NCBI GenBank assembly: GCA_021845665.1
Contig: JAJZVO010000021.1
Span: 1,289 to 65,288 of the forward strand
Source: Bacteroidota bacterium
Lineage (GTDB): Bacteria; Bacteroidota; Ignavibacteria; Kryptoniales; JAKASW01
DNA: 64,000 nt
Direction: 5' to 3'
Part shown: piece by piece, positions 46,764 to 56,403 of the stretch
Layout of the letters: each line of letters opens with the position of its first letter
Numbering within the stretch: the stretch's first letter is position 1
Position numbers and translations under genes: made by a program
Notes under the pieces: model-generated
What the model saw: only the letters and a program-made list of their open reading frames with translations
Databases searched by the model: none
What the model was told of the DNA's origin: nothing

Positions 46764-49415
46764 ATGAGAGAAGAAGTAGCCACAGCAATTGAGCGACTAA
46801 ACTCGAAGCGAGAAAGCGCGAAGAGTCTGCACTCTTCCGGTGCGAAAGGGTCGGAAGTATCACTGGCATTGACTGCCGCCGTTGATGAAGCTATCGTCAA
46901 AGCCGTCGAGGAGGCGGGGAATCCGGACAACATCGCTGCCGTTGCAGTGGGTGGATACGGAAGAGCGGAGTTGTGTCCGCATTCCGACATCGACATACTC
47001 TTCATCGTGGGAAGCGGAATCGAGTCGAGTTTCCTGGCCCAGCGTATAATGCATTTTCTTTGGGACATGGGGCTGAACATAGGCCATTCGGTTCGCAACG
47101 TCGGGCAGGTTCTCCAGACTTACAAGGACGACCACGATAGCTGGGCCGCGACGCTGGAGTACCGGTACGTGGCCGGGAGCAGGAAGCTGTTCGTGAAGCT
47201 TGAATCTGCGATCAGAGATTTCGTTTCGAAGAACGCAGACAGAAGCTTCGTGAAGTCTACGCTCGATGGCATCCGCGTCCGGCACAATAAATACGGCAGG
47301 TCGACATCGCTGCTGGAGCCGAATCTGAAGAAGAGCGCAGGCGGGCTTCGTGATCTGCATGCACTCCTCTGGATGTTCAGGGATACATATCCCGATTTCC
47401 TCCCTGAAGTGAATTACGAGCTGAGGCAGCCCGCCATCCTTGATTTTCTATCGAAACTCCTCGAAAGGGGCCATATAAACCAGCTTCAGTACAATCACAC
47501 TCGCGAAGCATTCGAGTTCATCTTACGCACGAGGCAGAGCCTCCATTATCAGTCTGCAAGCCTTAACGACCTCCTTGATTTCGAAATTCAAAAAAAAGTC
47601 GCTGCGGAAATGGGCTATGAAAGTGCCGACTATGCCAAGGGAATTGAGAGCTTCATGCGCGTATATTTCCGTCACGCGAGGAAAATACTCAGGCTTAACC
47701 AGGTCCTTTCGGATAAGATGAGGGCTGCCCTGAGGCCGCATGAGGAGAGGGGCGAAGCAAGATATCTTGATGAAGACTATGCACTCGCCGGAGACCAGAT
47801 AGCTTTCAGGCGAGAGGTGACGACCGATCCCGTTATTTTGTTCAAGGCTTTCAAGCACAAGTCGGACACCGGGCTTCACTTTGACGATAACGTCCATGAG
47901 ACGATCGCCCGTGAGCTGGAGAGTTTCAGCAAGCCGGAATTCCAAAAATCGGAGGAAGCTGCCGGGATATTCAGATCTATTCTACTTTCTGAGAGGAACG
48001 TGGCGTTCACCTTGAAATCGATGAACGAACTCGGAGTGCTCGGAAGGTATTTGCCCGAATTCGGCAGGTTGATCGGCTTCTTCCAGCATAATGTTTATCA
48101 TTATTATACCGCGGACGAGCACACGCTCTCTGCCATGGAGAACCTCGAGACTGTTGGAGAAAATGACAGGATGTTGGGCGAGCTCCTGATGAGCGTGAAG
48201 AGGCGGGACGCCCTTTATCTCGGCGTTCTGTTCCACGACATCGCGAAGCCGATTTCCATCGGCAAGCATGAGATCATTGGCGTCGACGTTGCCGAGAAGG
48301 CGCTCGGTCGCATCGGGTTCGACGACGTCGTGGAGGATGTTGGCTTTCTTGTTAGGAATCACCTCAAGATGGAACAGATCGCTTTCCGACGAAATATTGG
48401 TGACCCGGAAACTGTTTACGCGTTCACAAGGATTTTCGCGAACGAAGAGCAGTTGAAGATGCTCTACCTCTTGACATACGCCGACCTCAGCGCCGTCAAC
48501 CCGACAGTTTGGACAAAATGGAAAGCCCAGCTTCTCAATGAATTGTATAGGAAGTCTTACCAGATAGTTGCTCAGTCGCTGGACAAAGAGGCGATAGAGA
48601 CGCTTCAGCAGAAGCAGCGCCGCCAGAAGGAGAAGGCAATTATCAGGCAAATGCCTGTCGAGAAAACCGAGGTTATAAGGAAGCACTTCGACGGAATTAA
48701 GAACGACCTCTACACCGTCGTGTTTGAAGATGGAGAGATAGTCGGCCATATCGAGGCCATTGAGTCGGACTTCGCGAGCGGTTCGGCAGTTTCAGCAGTT
48801 CATGTCGACTTCAGCCGCAGCGACGAGCATACCGACGTCACCATCATCTCACGAGATGCGCCGTTCCTCCTGTCAAAGTTTTGCTCTTCCCTGAGCGCGA
48901 ACGATGCCAATATCGTCGACGCCAACATTTTCACAAGGGACGACGGTATAATCATCGACCGGTTCCGCGTGTTCGACAACATCACAAAGAAAAACCTTAC
49001 GGATTCGCAAATGACTAAGATCGAATCGGATCTGCAAGCGATTCTATCGGGCGACACCGATCCGGAGAAGCTTTTCGAACGCCACCGAATGAAATGGCAG
49101 AGAAGGCTGAAGAACGAGGTGAACCCGAATGTGAAGGTGGCTGTTCAGACTTCCGAGACGAGCGACTTCACACTCATCGAGGTGTTTGCTCCCGATTCTC
49201 TGGGTTTCCTTTATAAGGTTACATCCGCGATGTCGAGGGCAAAGCTGAATATTCATTTCGCGAAGATTGCCACGAGGGTCGATGGCATCGTCGATACGTT
49301 TTATGTATTGCGTCAGGACGGCACCAAGCCTTCACCGGAAGATCTCGACAGAGTGAGGGATAGCATCCTGGAAATCATACATGAATCGATCGACTCCGAG
49401 CTGATCTTCAAGTGA
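46764..49415 (+). CDS. glnD: [Protein-PII] uridylyltransferase / uridylyl-removing enzyme
   Basis: 883 aa. Nucleotidyltransferase motif AVGGYGRAELCPHSDIDILF, HD domain HNVYHYYTADEHTL...LFHDIAKP, and two C-terminal ACT-like domains. Confidence 0.9.
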   Translation: MREEVATAIERLNSKRESAKSLHSSGAKGSEVSLALTAAVDEAIVKAVEEAGNPDNIAAVAVGGYGRAELCPHSDIDILFIVGSGIESSFLAQRIMHFLWDMGLNIGHSVRNVGQVLQTYKDDHDSWAATLEYRYVAGSRKLFVKLESAIRDFVSKNADRSFVKSTLDGIRVRHNKYGRSTSLLEPNLKKSAGGLRDLHALLWMFRDTYPDFLPEVNYELRQPAILDFLSKLLERGHINQLQYNHTREAFEFILRTRQSLHYQSASLNDLLDFEIQKKVAAEMGYESADYAKGIESFMRVYFRHARKILRLNQVLSDKMRAALRPHEERGEARYLDEDYALAGDQIAFRREVTTDPVILFKAFKHKSDTGLHFDDNVHETIARELESFSKPEFQKSEEAAGIFRSILLSERNVAFTLKSMNELGVLGRYLPEFGRLIGFFQHNVYHYYTADEHTLSAMENLETVGENDRMLGELLMSVKRRDALYLGVLFHDIAKPISIGKHEIIGVDVAEKALGRIGFDDVVEDVGFLVRNHLKMEQIAFRRNIGDPETVYAFTRIFANEEQLKMLYLLTYADLSAVNPTVWTKWKAQLLNELYRKSYQIVAQSLDKEAIETLQQKQRRQKEKAIIRQMPVEKTEVIRKHFDGIKNDLYTVVFEDGEIVGHIEAIESDFASGSAVSAVHVDFSRSDEHTDVTIISRDAPFLLSKFCSSLSANDANIVDANIFTRDDGIIIDRFRVFDNITKKNLTDSQMTKIESDLQAILSGDTDPEKLFERHRMKWQRRLKNEVNPNVKVAVQTSETSDFTLIEVFAPDSLGFLYKVTSAMSRAKLNIHFAKIATRVDGIVDTFYVLRQDGTKPSPEDLDRVRDSILEIIHESIDSELIFK

Positions 49416-50251
49416 TTTCATCCGGCACACTTCGAGGACAGGAGAGTCCGATAGGAGTGTTCGACTCCGGCATCGGCGGGCTCACCGTCGTGCGTCAGCT
49501 TATCGAACTCCTGCCCAACGAGAACATCGTGTACTTCGGCGACACTGCCCGAGTTCCCTACGGCAACAAGTCAGCCGAGGTCATAAGGGAATATGCGGTC
49601 CAGGATGCGAAGTTTCTCGTGTCAAAGGGAGTCAAGATGATCGTTATAGCGTGCAACACCGCCTCCGCGCTTGCCATGGATGCAGTGCACGCTTACTCTC
49701 CGGTTCCGACGATCGGCGTCATTGATCCGACGGCGAAAGAGGCGTCGAAGCTGTCCGGCGCGAAGGGGATAGGAGTCATCGGGACGCTTTCGACAATCGG
49801 TTCCGGGGCTTACAGTTACGCTCTTCAACGGATCGATCCAAAGACAAGGATAATGACTCAGGCCTGTCCGCTCTTCGTGCCGCTTGCGGAGGAGGGGATG
49901 TTCGATCACCAGGTTACCGATCTTGTCGCGCGCGAGTATCTCTCTCAATTCACGGGGAAGGTCGACGTGATGATATTAGGATGCACGCATTATCCTCTTC
50001 TCCGGGGAGCGATATCGCGTATACTCGGAAAAGACGTCTGTCTTGTCGACGCGGGGGCGGCAACTGCGAAGTATGTGTTTGAATTGCTGTCTTCCTCAAA
50101 GATGCTGAATCCTCAGAAGGCGAAGCCGCGTTACGAGTTCTACGTCAGCGATTTTCCTCAGAAGTTCAACGAGATAGCCGAGAGGTTTCTCGGCAGGAAA
50201 TTGGAGTTCGTGAGAAAGGTGCAGATATTTTCTAACGGAGAGATCCGCTGA
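49412..50251 (+). CDS. murI: Glutamate racemase
   Basis: GTGA overlap with glnD. Motifs GVFDSGIGGLTV, IACNTASA and LGCTHYPL. Confidence 0.93.
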   Translation: MISSGTLRGQESPIGVFDSGIGGLTVVRQLIELLPNENIVYFGDTARVPYGNKSAEVIREYAVQDAKFLVSKGVKMIVIACNTASALAMDAVHAYSPVPTIGVIDPTAKEASKLSGAKGIGVIGTLSTIGSGAYSYALQRIDPKTRIMTQACPLFVPLAEEGMFDHQVTDLVAREYLSQFTGKVDVMILGCTHYPLLRGAISRILGKDVCLVDAGAATAKYVFELLSSSKMLNPQKAKPRYEFYVSDFPQKFNEIAERFLGRKLEFVRKVQIFSNGEIR

Positions 50252-50383
50252 AACCGAGAGGGTGCCGAACGCGTCGCGAGCGTCTTTAGAGAGAAGGTTG
50301 TAGTCATCGATTATAGATGCTGAGCGTCCGGATTCGCCCCACTTCGTTCCATCTTCTTTACAACAACTCCATTGAGAATGAAC

Positions 50384-50746
50384 TTACCCACCACCTAAGT
50401 AAAGGAAACAACCCACAACCATCACTTCACCTGCAATCCTATGGTTAGTGCTCCCAATTACGATAATGTCATAACCGTCGTGGTTCACGTTGCCGCCTGT
50501 CCCCGCGCTCACATACCCGCCAAATCCCATGTCTGATGCGTCAAGACATATTACTGAATCGGAGCGGAAGGATACGTAAATCGCTTTTTCCGATGTGACG
50601 AGGAAATCATCACCTCCATCTCCATTTAAGTCGCCTGCTCTTTCTATATCGTTGCCAAACTCGATGTCCCCCTGAACAGGTTTGAGTTTGGACAACAATC
50701 TTCCTGAACTGAGCCATGACAATCCGTGCTCATGTTTGTGTGTCAT
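50384..50746 (-). pseudogene. Orphan FG-GAP/VCBS-repeat fragment (probable gene remnant)
   Basis: The 120-aa ORF contains two FG-GAP-like units, FGNDIERAGDLNGDGGDDFLV and FGGYVSAGTGGNVNHDGYDIIVIGS. It has no signal peptide and sits in a ~700-bp stretch that is otherwise non-coding. Confidence 0.35.
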
Positions 50747-50971
50747 AAGCCAATGTCTGCAAAATTGTACGGTCTCGAAAGACAGCGCTCAAATTCCACG
50801 ATTCTGGAAGCGCATTCACCATCCCCCCAAATACGGTTTAAACCCTGCGGATAGCGCTCTAGCGTTATCAAGGCGCGTCTGTGTTTGTCAAGTCCTTTGT
50901 TGCTATCCTCCCTTGCACCTCCGCAGTCAAATTCGAAATCAGGACACCGCCGCCTGGTTCCGCCGGAGATC

Positions 50972-51463
50972 TCAGCTTTTGGCTTGTGCCGCCAGGTCCA
51001 GCTCGAAGAACATCGCGTCCGGAAGGGGATTCACACGGTATTGTGGAATCTCTTTGAACCCGAACGACCTGTACAGCGCGATCGCTTCGATCATGCCGCT
51101 TACCGTGTCGAGGCGCATTCTTCCGTATCCGATTTTCTTTGCCTCGCCGATAACTCTCTCTGCGAGTCTCCTCCCGAGTTTCAGTCCTCTGAACTCAGGT
51201 CTTACATACAACCGCTTCATCTCGCAGATACCATCTCCAATTGTTCTAAGCGCGACACAACCCGCAGCGTGGTCACCTCCAAGCGCGACAAGAATGCAGC
51301 CGCCCGGTCTCGAGTACTCACCGGGGAGATGAGACACCTCTTCATCAAAGTTTTGAAAGTCGAGATCGAAGGGAAGGGACCTTTCGTAATCGAGGAAGAG
51401 ATCTCTTGCAGCCGAGAGCAGGTCCTTTGAATCGGCATCGAGAATTCGGAGCGTGGGTTTCAT
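50972..51463 (-). CDS. GNAT-family N-acetyltransferase
   Basis: Start at ATG 51463 (MKPTLRIL...). GNAT core: ICEMKRLYVRPEFRGLKLGRRLAERVIGEAKKIGY...AIALYRSFGF. Confidence 0.8.
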   Translation of the reverse strand: MKPTLRILDADSKDLLSAARDLFLDYERSLPFDLDFQNFDEEVSHLPGEYSRPGGCILVALGGDHAAGCVALRTIGDGICEMKRLYVRPEFRGLKLGRRLAERVIGEAKKIGYGRMRLDTVSGMIEAIALYRSFGFKEIPQYRVNPLPDAMFFELDLAAQAKS

Positions 51464-51660
51464 GAAAGGAAAAATGCTTTCGTCTTCCTGAAGTTGGCGT
51501 CTCGGCTCACCCTCTGTCCCGAGGCTGTCCCCCAAGCAGCCATCCGATGAATCGGACGGCTACCAACAGCGCAAAACCCTCCGGGTTTCTCGCTTTGAGA
51601 GGCGTCGATTTCAATCGATGCCTCTTTTGGGACACCTCCGCAGGGGGTGAGTACATCCCA

Positions 51661-53904
51661 CTACCTTACTATTCTCAGATTCGCATACCTTACCATCAGC
51701 TGCTTCTTCTGATTCGCGCCGAAGAGGACAACGACACGCTCGTTGTCGCCTTTGCCAGACATTTCGATTACTTTCCCTTCGCCGAAGAACTGGTGCTCCA
51801 CTATAGTCCCGATCTTTATATGAGGCCCTGCCGTCCTGTCCTTCTCAACCTCCCGGGAGCGGGGCACTTCCTGTGCCATGGTGCCGATGCCTTCGAGCGA
51901 AGGGCGGAGGGAATCGAAAGTTGATGTCGCTTCCAAGAGGGAGCGCTGCTGGGAGAGCCTCACGGCGTGTTCTTGGTCAAGGAGGTCGGGCTCTATCTCC
52001 GCGAGAAAGCGTGATGGCGCCTGATATGAGAGCTTACCGAAACGGAACCTCTGCCTTGCGTAAGAAAGGTAGACCTTCTTTTGCGCACGCGTTATCGCCA
52101 CGTAGAAAAGCCGGCGCTCCTCTTCGAGCTCATCCTGCTCTTTGGAGCCGAGTGGAAAGAGACCTTCTTCGAGTCCGCTGACGAACACGACCGGGAATTC
52201 GAGCCCCTTCGCGGCGTGGATGGTCATCAGTGTGACGGAATTCCGCTTCGTGTCCCAGCGATCGACGTCGGCGATGAGCGACACCTCGGCGAGAAAGTCC
52301 TGGAGCGTCCCTTCAGGGTTCTCTGTCTGGAACTCCGCTATGCCTGCGAGAAACTCCTGGATGTTGTCCATCCTGTTCTGCGACTCGACCGTATTCTCGT
52401 CCTTCAGGCTTCTCACGATGCCGAGCTCGTCGGTCAGTGAACGAGAGAGTTCACCTACCGAAAGCTCATCTTTAAGCTTGTTGTATTTGTTGATGAGCCT
52501 GGCAAATTGTTTCAGCTGGTTCTTCTGACGCGGCTGGATCTCGACCATCTCATCCACACGTTCCGCTGTTGCCAGGAGCGGCTTCTGCTCTTTCGACGCA
52601 AAGCTTCGCACGTAATCTATCGTCACATCCCCGATCCCGCGCGCAGGGAAGTTCACGATTCTCAGGAACGACGCGTCGTCCTGCGGGTTTACTATGAGCT
52701 TCAGGTACGCGAGTAAGTCTCTGATTTCCTTCCGCTTATAGAAGGCGACACCGCCGACTATTATGTACGGAATGCCGCCTCGGTTGAACGCCTCTTCAAG
52801 CGAGCGCGACTGCGAATTAGTTCTGAAAAGGACGACAAAATCCTTCAGCTGGAGTTTGTCCTTTATACTCTCGTCCCTGATTCGCTGGACGATCTTGTAT
52901 CCTTCATCTCGGTCGCTCTCGCATTCCAACACCGAGAGCTTGTCACCTTCGTGGTTCTCGGTCCAGAGTTCCTTGTCGAGCTTGCGCTGGTTGTGAACGA
53001 TGACCGAGTTTGCCGCTTTGAGAATTTTTCCAGTCGAACGGTAGTTCTGTTCGAGCCTGACGACCTTCGCGTCGCGGTAATCCGACTGAAAGTCGAGTAT
53101 GTTCTGGAGATCGGCACCGCGCCAGGAGTAGATGCTCTGTGCGTCGTCGCCTACGACACACAGGTTTCTGTGTTTCTCTGCCAGGAGTTTGAGAAGCATA
53201 TATTGAGCGCGGTTCGTATCCTGGTACTCGTCGACGAGTACGAACCTGAACTTGTTCTGGTACTTCTCTAGCGTGGATCGGTCGCGGTTGAAGAGGACTA
53301 TCGGCTTCATTAGGAGGTCGTCGAAATCCATCGCGTTGCTGTTCTTCAACCTTTCTTCATAGGCGGCATATACTTCCGAAGTCACCTGGTCCATCCGGCT
53401 CTTGGCCGATTGCTCCAATTGTGAAGGAAGCACGAGGCTGTTTTTCGATCTGCTGATCTGCCACCGGATTCCCGCCGGCACGAAAACCTCTTCCGAAAGA
53501 TTGCGCTCTCGAAGTATCTGCTTGATCAGCCTAAGTGAATCTTCCTCATCGTATATAGAATAGTTCGAAGTGTATCCGAGTTTGTCGGCTTCCATCCTGA
53601 GCATCTTGCCGAACAGTGAATGGAATGTCCCGATCCATGAGCCGAATTTCCGCCCGCCGCCGTTCTCGTCCATGCCGAGGAGCTTCTCGGTGCGCAACTT
53701 CATTTCGTTTGCCGCCTTGTTGGTGAATGTGAGGCAGAGAATGTTGTGGATTGGCACTCCTATCGAGACGAGATACGCGACCCGGTAGGTAAGTACTTTC
53801 GTCTTTCCGCTTCCGGCGCCTGCGAGGACCAGCTCAGGGCCTTCGACTGCTTTTACCGCGGAGAGCTGCGCGGGATTGAGATCTCTAAGAAAATCCGTGT
53901 TCAT
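51661..53904 (-). CDS. UvrD/PcrA/Rep-family ATP-dependent DNA helicase
   Basis: 747 aa. LNPAQLSAV, Walker A AGAGSGKTKVL, VDEYQDTN, and further SF1 helicase motifs (TIHAAKGLEF, YVAITRA). Confidence 0.93.
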   Translation of the reverse strand: MNTDFLRDLNPAQLSAVKAVEGPELVLAGAGSGKTKVLTYRVAYLVSIGVPIHNILCLTFTNKAANEMKLRTEKLLGMDENGGGRKFGSWIGTFHSLFGKMLRMEADKLGYTSNYSIYDEEDSLRLIKQILRERNLSEEVFVPAGIRWQISRSKNSLVLPSQLEQSAKSRMDQVTSEVYAAYEERLKNSNAMDFDDLLMKPIVLFNRDRSTLEKYQNKFRFVLVDEYQDTNRAQYMLLKLLAEKHRNLCVVGDDAQSIYSWRGADLQNILDFQSDYRDAKVVRLEQNYRSTGKILKAANSVIVHNQRKLDKELWTENHEGDKLSVLECESDRDEGYKIVQRIRDESIKDKLQLKDFVVLFRTNSQSRSLEEAFNRGGIPYIIVGGVAFYKRKEIRDLLAYLKLIVNPQDDASFLRIVNFPARGIGDVTIDYVRSFASKEQKPLLATAERVDEMVEIQPRQKNQLKQFARLINKYNKLKDELSVGELSRSLTDELGIVRSLKDENTVESQNRMDNIQEFLAGIAEFQTENPEGTLQDFLAEVSLIADVDRWDTKRNSVTLMTIHAAKGLEFPVVFVSGLEEGLFPLGSKEQDELEEERRLFYVAITRAQKKVYLSYARQRFRFGKLSYQAPSRFLAEIEPDLLDQEHAVRLSQQRSLLEATSTFDSLRPSLEGIGTMAQEVPRSREVEKDRTAGPHIKIGTIVEHQFFGEGKVIEMSGKGDNERVVVLFGANQKKQLMVRYANLRIVR

Positions 53905-55292
53905 CTCCTGTCGGATTTCCTCCCCGACAGGATTCGGTTTGCAAGAGCCAGTTGCTCCTTCAGCCTCTTTGAACTCGTTCCGCCGTATACGTCGCGGCCT
54001 TCGACCGACTTGTTGGGATCGAATATCTTGTAGTAACTGCCGTCAAACAAGTTCGAGATCGGCTTGAGCTCTTCCGGCGAAAATTGACGGAGCTTCCTAC
54101 CGGTTTGCGCTCCGGTAAGGACGAGCCTCCCGACTACTTTGTGAGCCTCGCGGAACGGCATCCCCTTCTCGACGAGGTAATCCGCGATGTCCGTCGCATA
54201 TATGGAATCGTCGGTGTTTCTCATTAAGCTTGCCCGCTTGACTTTCAGTGTAGAGATTACGCCGGTGAAGACCTTCAGAGAAGCGAGGAGTGTGTCGACC
54301 GAGTCGAACATCGGTTCCTTGTCTTCCTGCAAATCCTTCGAATAAGTGAGTGGAAGGCCTTTCTGAAGCATGAGAAGTGAATTCAGATCGGAGATCGACC
54401 TTGCGGTTTTTCCTCTTATGAGTTCGAGCGAATCGGGATTTTTCTTTTGCGGCATCATGCTGCTGCCGGTGGAATAAGCGTCATCGAGTTCGACGAACGC
54501 GAATTCGGTCGAGCTCCACATAATGAGGTCTTCGGCGAACCTGCCCAGGTGAATCATCGTCTGTGCCGCGACAAATAGAAAGTCCGCGATGAAGCCTCGG
54601 TCACTCACGGCGGCGATGCTGTTCGGCGAGAGTTCCGAGAAGCCGAGCTCCCGTTTCAACAAGTTCCTGTCGATCTTGGCGGTCGAACCGGTAACCGCGC
54701 CCGACCCGAGAGGAAGTACGTCCATCCTTACTTTCAGGTCTTTTAGCCTTCGATAATCATCTTCGAGCATGAAGAAGAGAGCCATGAAGTAATGCCCGAG
54801 CCTAACGAGCTGCGCCTGCTGGAGATGAGTATAGGAGGGAAGTATGTCGTCTGCCGAATCGGCGGCGAGATCGCGAACGGCAGATTGCAGCGCGCGTAAA
54901 AGTACGCCAGCCTCTGCCATGGCCGACTTCAGAAAGATTCTCTCGTCGGTCGCGACCTGTTCGTTGCGGCTCCTGCCGGTGTGTATCTTCTTGCCGGTGT
55001 CGCCGATCTTTTCAACGAGTCTTCTCTCGATCGCAGTGTGGATGTCTTCGTCCTCAGGCTTGAACCTGAACTTTCCTTCGGCGAATTCTTTCCCGATTTC
55101 ACGGAGAGATCTTGCAACCTTTGTCTGCTGCGACTTTGTGAATGTCCCCGCGTTAGCCAGCGCGGCTGAATATGCCGTGCTCGCTTCAATTTCTTCCTTC
55201 CAGAGTCTCTTGTCGAATGGGAGGGAGTCGTTGAACTCGCTCATCAGTTTCGACATGCTCTTCGTAAATCTACCGCCCCAGAGTTTTGGCAT
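53901..55292 (-). CDS. argH: Argininosuccinate lyase
   Basis: MPKLWGGRFTK N-terminus and the fumarate-lyase signature GSSMMPQKKNPD. Confidence 0.95.
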   Translation of the reverse strand: MPKLWGGRFTKSMSKLMSEFNDSLPFDKRLWKEEIEASTAYSAALANAGTFTKSQQTKVARSLREIGKEFAEGKFRFKPEDEDIHTAIERRLVEKIGDTGKKIHTGRSRNEQVATDERIFLKSAMAEAGVLLRALQSAVRDLAADSADDILPSYTHLQQAQLVRLGHYFMALFFMLEDDYRRLKDLKVRMDVLPLGSGAVTGSTAKIDRNLLKRELGFSELSPNSIAAVSDRGFIADFLFVAAQTMIHLGRFAEDLIMWSSTEFAFVELDDAYSTGSSMMPQKKNPDSLELIRGKTARSISDLNSLLMLQKGLPLTYSKDLQEDKEPMFDSVDTLLASLKVFTGVISTLKVKRASLMRNTDDSIYATDIADYLVEKGMPFREAHKVVGRLVLTGAQTGRKLRQFSPEELKPISNLFDGSYYKIFDPNKSVEGRDVYGGTSSKRLKEQLALANRILSGRKSDRR

Positions 55293-55327
55293 AACTTGTT
55301 AAGCTCCTCAAAGAGTCCTTCGGACAA

Positions 55328-55437
55328 TTTCCAACTTTTAAGTTCCAAACAATTTCCAAGAAAACAAAAAACTAAGTTCCGGTCACTCAGAAAGAAGAAT
55401 TGATCTGGTCTTGAGGTTGGAACTTGGCTTTTGGAAC
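55328..55437. repeat. Array of a short (G/T)TTCCAA motif and its inverted copies, in the spacer upstream of argH
   Basis: Plus-strand copies: TTTCCAA 55328-55334, GTTCCAA 55342-55348, TTTCCAA 55353-55359, and a half copy GTTCC 55376-55380. Inverted copies: TTGGAAC 55417-55423 and 55431-55437. Confidence 0.6.
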
Positions 55438-56403
55438 CTATTTCAAGGGAGTTAAGACTTTTTTGTTTGATTTAGTGTCTTTCTCGAAAAGATCGTGGAA
55501 AGCTTTCCATACTTTCCCGGGCTTGCCGTCTCCGATTGTCCGCCCGTCATATTTTACCACCGGCGCCACGAAGAATGAAGTACTGAAAAAAAGCATCTCA
55601 GCTGCGTTATAGGCATCCGAAAGCGGGATGTTCTCAACGCTCACGCCGGCAATGATCCGCTTCTTCTTGAGCTGATCGGCCATCTCGAGAGCGCGTGCAA
55701 GCGTCGTTCCGCGCAATATCTTCTCGGGCGGCGGGACGCGGAGTACTCCATCTCTGCCGACGACGGCGACGTTCTTGTTCGACCCTTCGGTGATGTTCCC
55801 CGAGGCGTCGATTGCAATGGCAGAATCGGCTTCGCTCTGTTTTGCGGCGAGCTCCATCAAGGCATTGGAAAGGTAGTCGACGGACTTTACCTGAGGCGAT
55901 GTGGGAGGTCTCATCTGTGTCGGGCTTGTCGCCGCGACCATACCGGTTTTGAAATATCTCTCCGGTGCAGGCGAGAACTTCCCGATCAAAATATAAAGGT
56001 TTGGCGCTATAGCCTCGTGCGGATAAACGCTCATGCTTCCGTGACCGCGGGAGAGAAAGAACCGGGCGATGAAATTCATCCTGCCGGACTCAAGCCCGAG
56101 TTTAACTACGAACCCCTTCATCTCTTCGCGAGAGAACGATGGGACTATGCCTATGGCGTTTGCCGATAAGTAAAACCGTTCGATGTGCCGTTCGAGGAGA
56201 TAATAATTCCCGTTTATGCAGACGGCGTTGTCGAAGACTCCGTCGCCCCGATGGACCATGTGATCGTCGATAGGGACAGACATAAGAAGGCGGTTACGAG
56301 TGTAACCGCCCAAATAGGTCGAATAATAGAGGAAGAAGTCGTCGTCGGTCTGCAACTTCTCCTGCACCTCGTCAGGGTTCACCTCGCGCAGGTCGAGCGT
56401 CAT
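55438..56403 (-). CDS. Class IV (branched-chain / D-amino-acid type) aminotransferase
   Basis: 321 aa. Blocks [13 protein letters not shown] and [12 protein letters not shown] are typical of fold-type IV PLP enzymes. 4-nt overlap with the argG stop. Confidence 0.85.
   Translation of the reverse strand: MTLDLREVNPDEVQEKLQTDDDFFLYYSTYLGGYTRNRLLMSVPIDDHMVHRGDGVFDNAVCINGNYYLLERHIERFYLSANAIGIVPSFSREEMKGFVVKLGLESGRMNFIARFFLSRGHGSMSVYPHEAIAPNLYILIGKFSPAPERYFKTGMVAATSPTQMRPPTSPQVKSVDYLSNALMELAAKQSEADSAIAIDASGNITEGSNKNVAVVGRDGVLRVPPPEKILRGTTLARALEMADQLKKKRIIAGVSVENIPLSDAYNAAEMLFFSTSFFVAPVVKYDGRTIGDGKPGKVWKAFHDLFEKDTKSNKKVLTPLK

Noticed and set aside
51536-51660. Three hairpins between the helicase stop and the GNAT start. 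I considered a small structured RNA.
   Set aside because: The hairpins favour different strands: one needs G-U pairs on the minus strand, another on the plus strand. They are adequately explained as a helicase terminator plus an antisense-blocking terminator. I recognised no conserved RNA motif.
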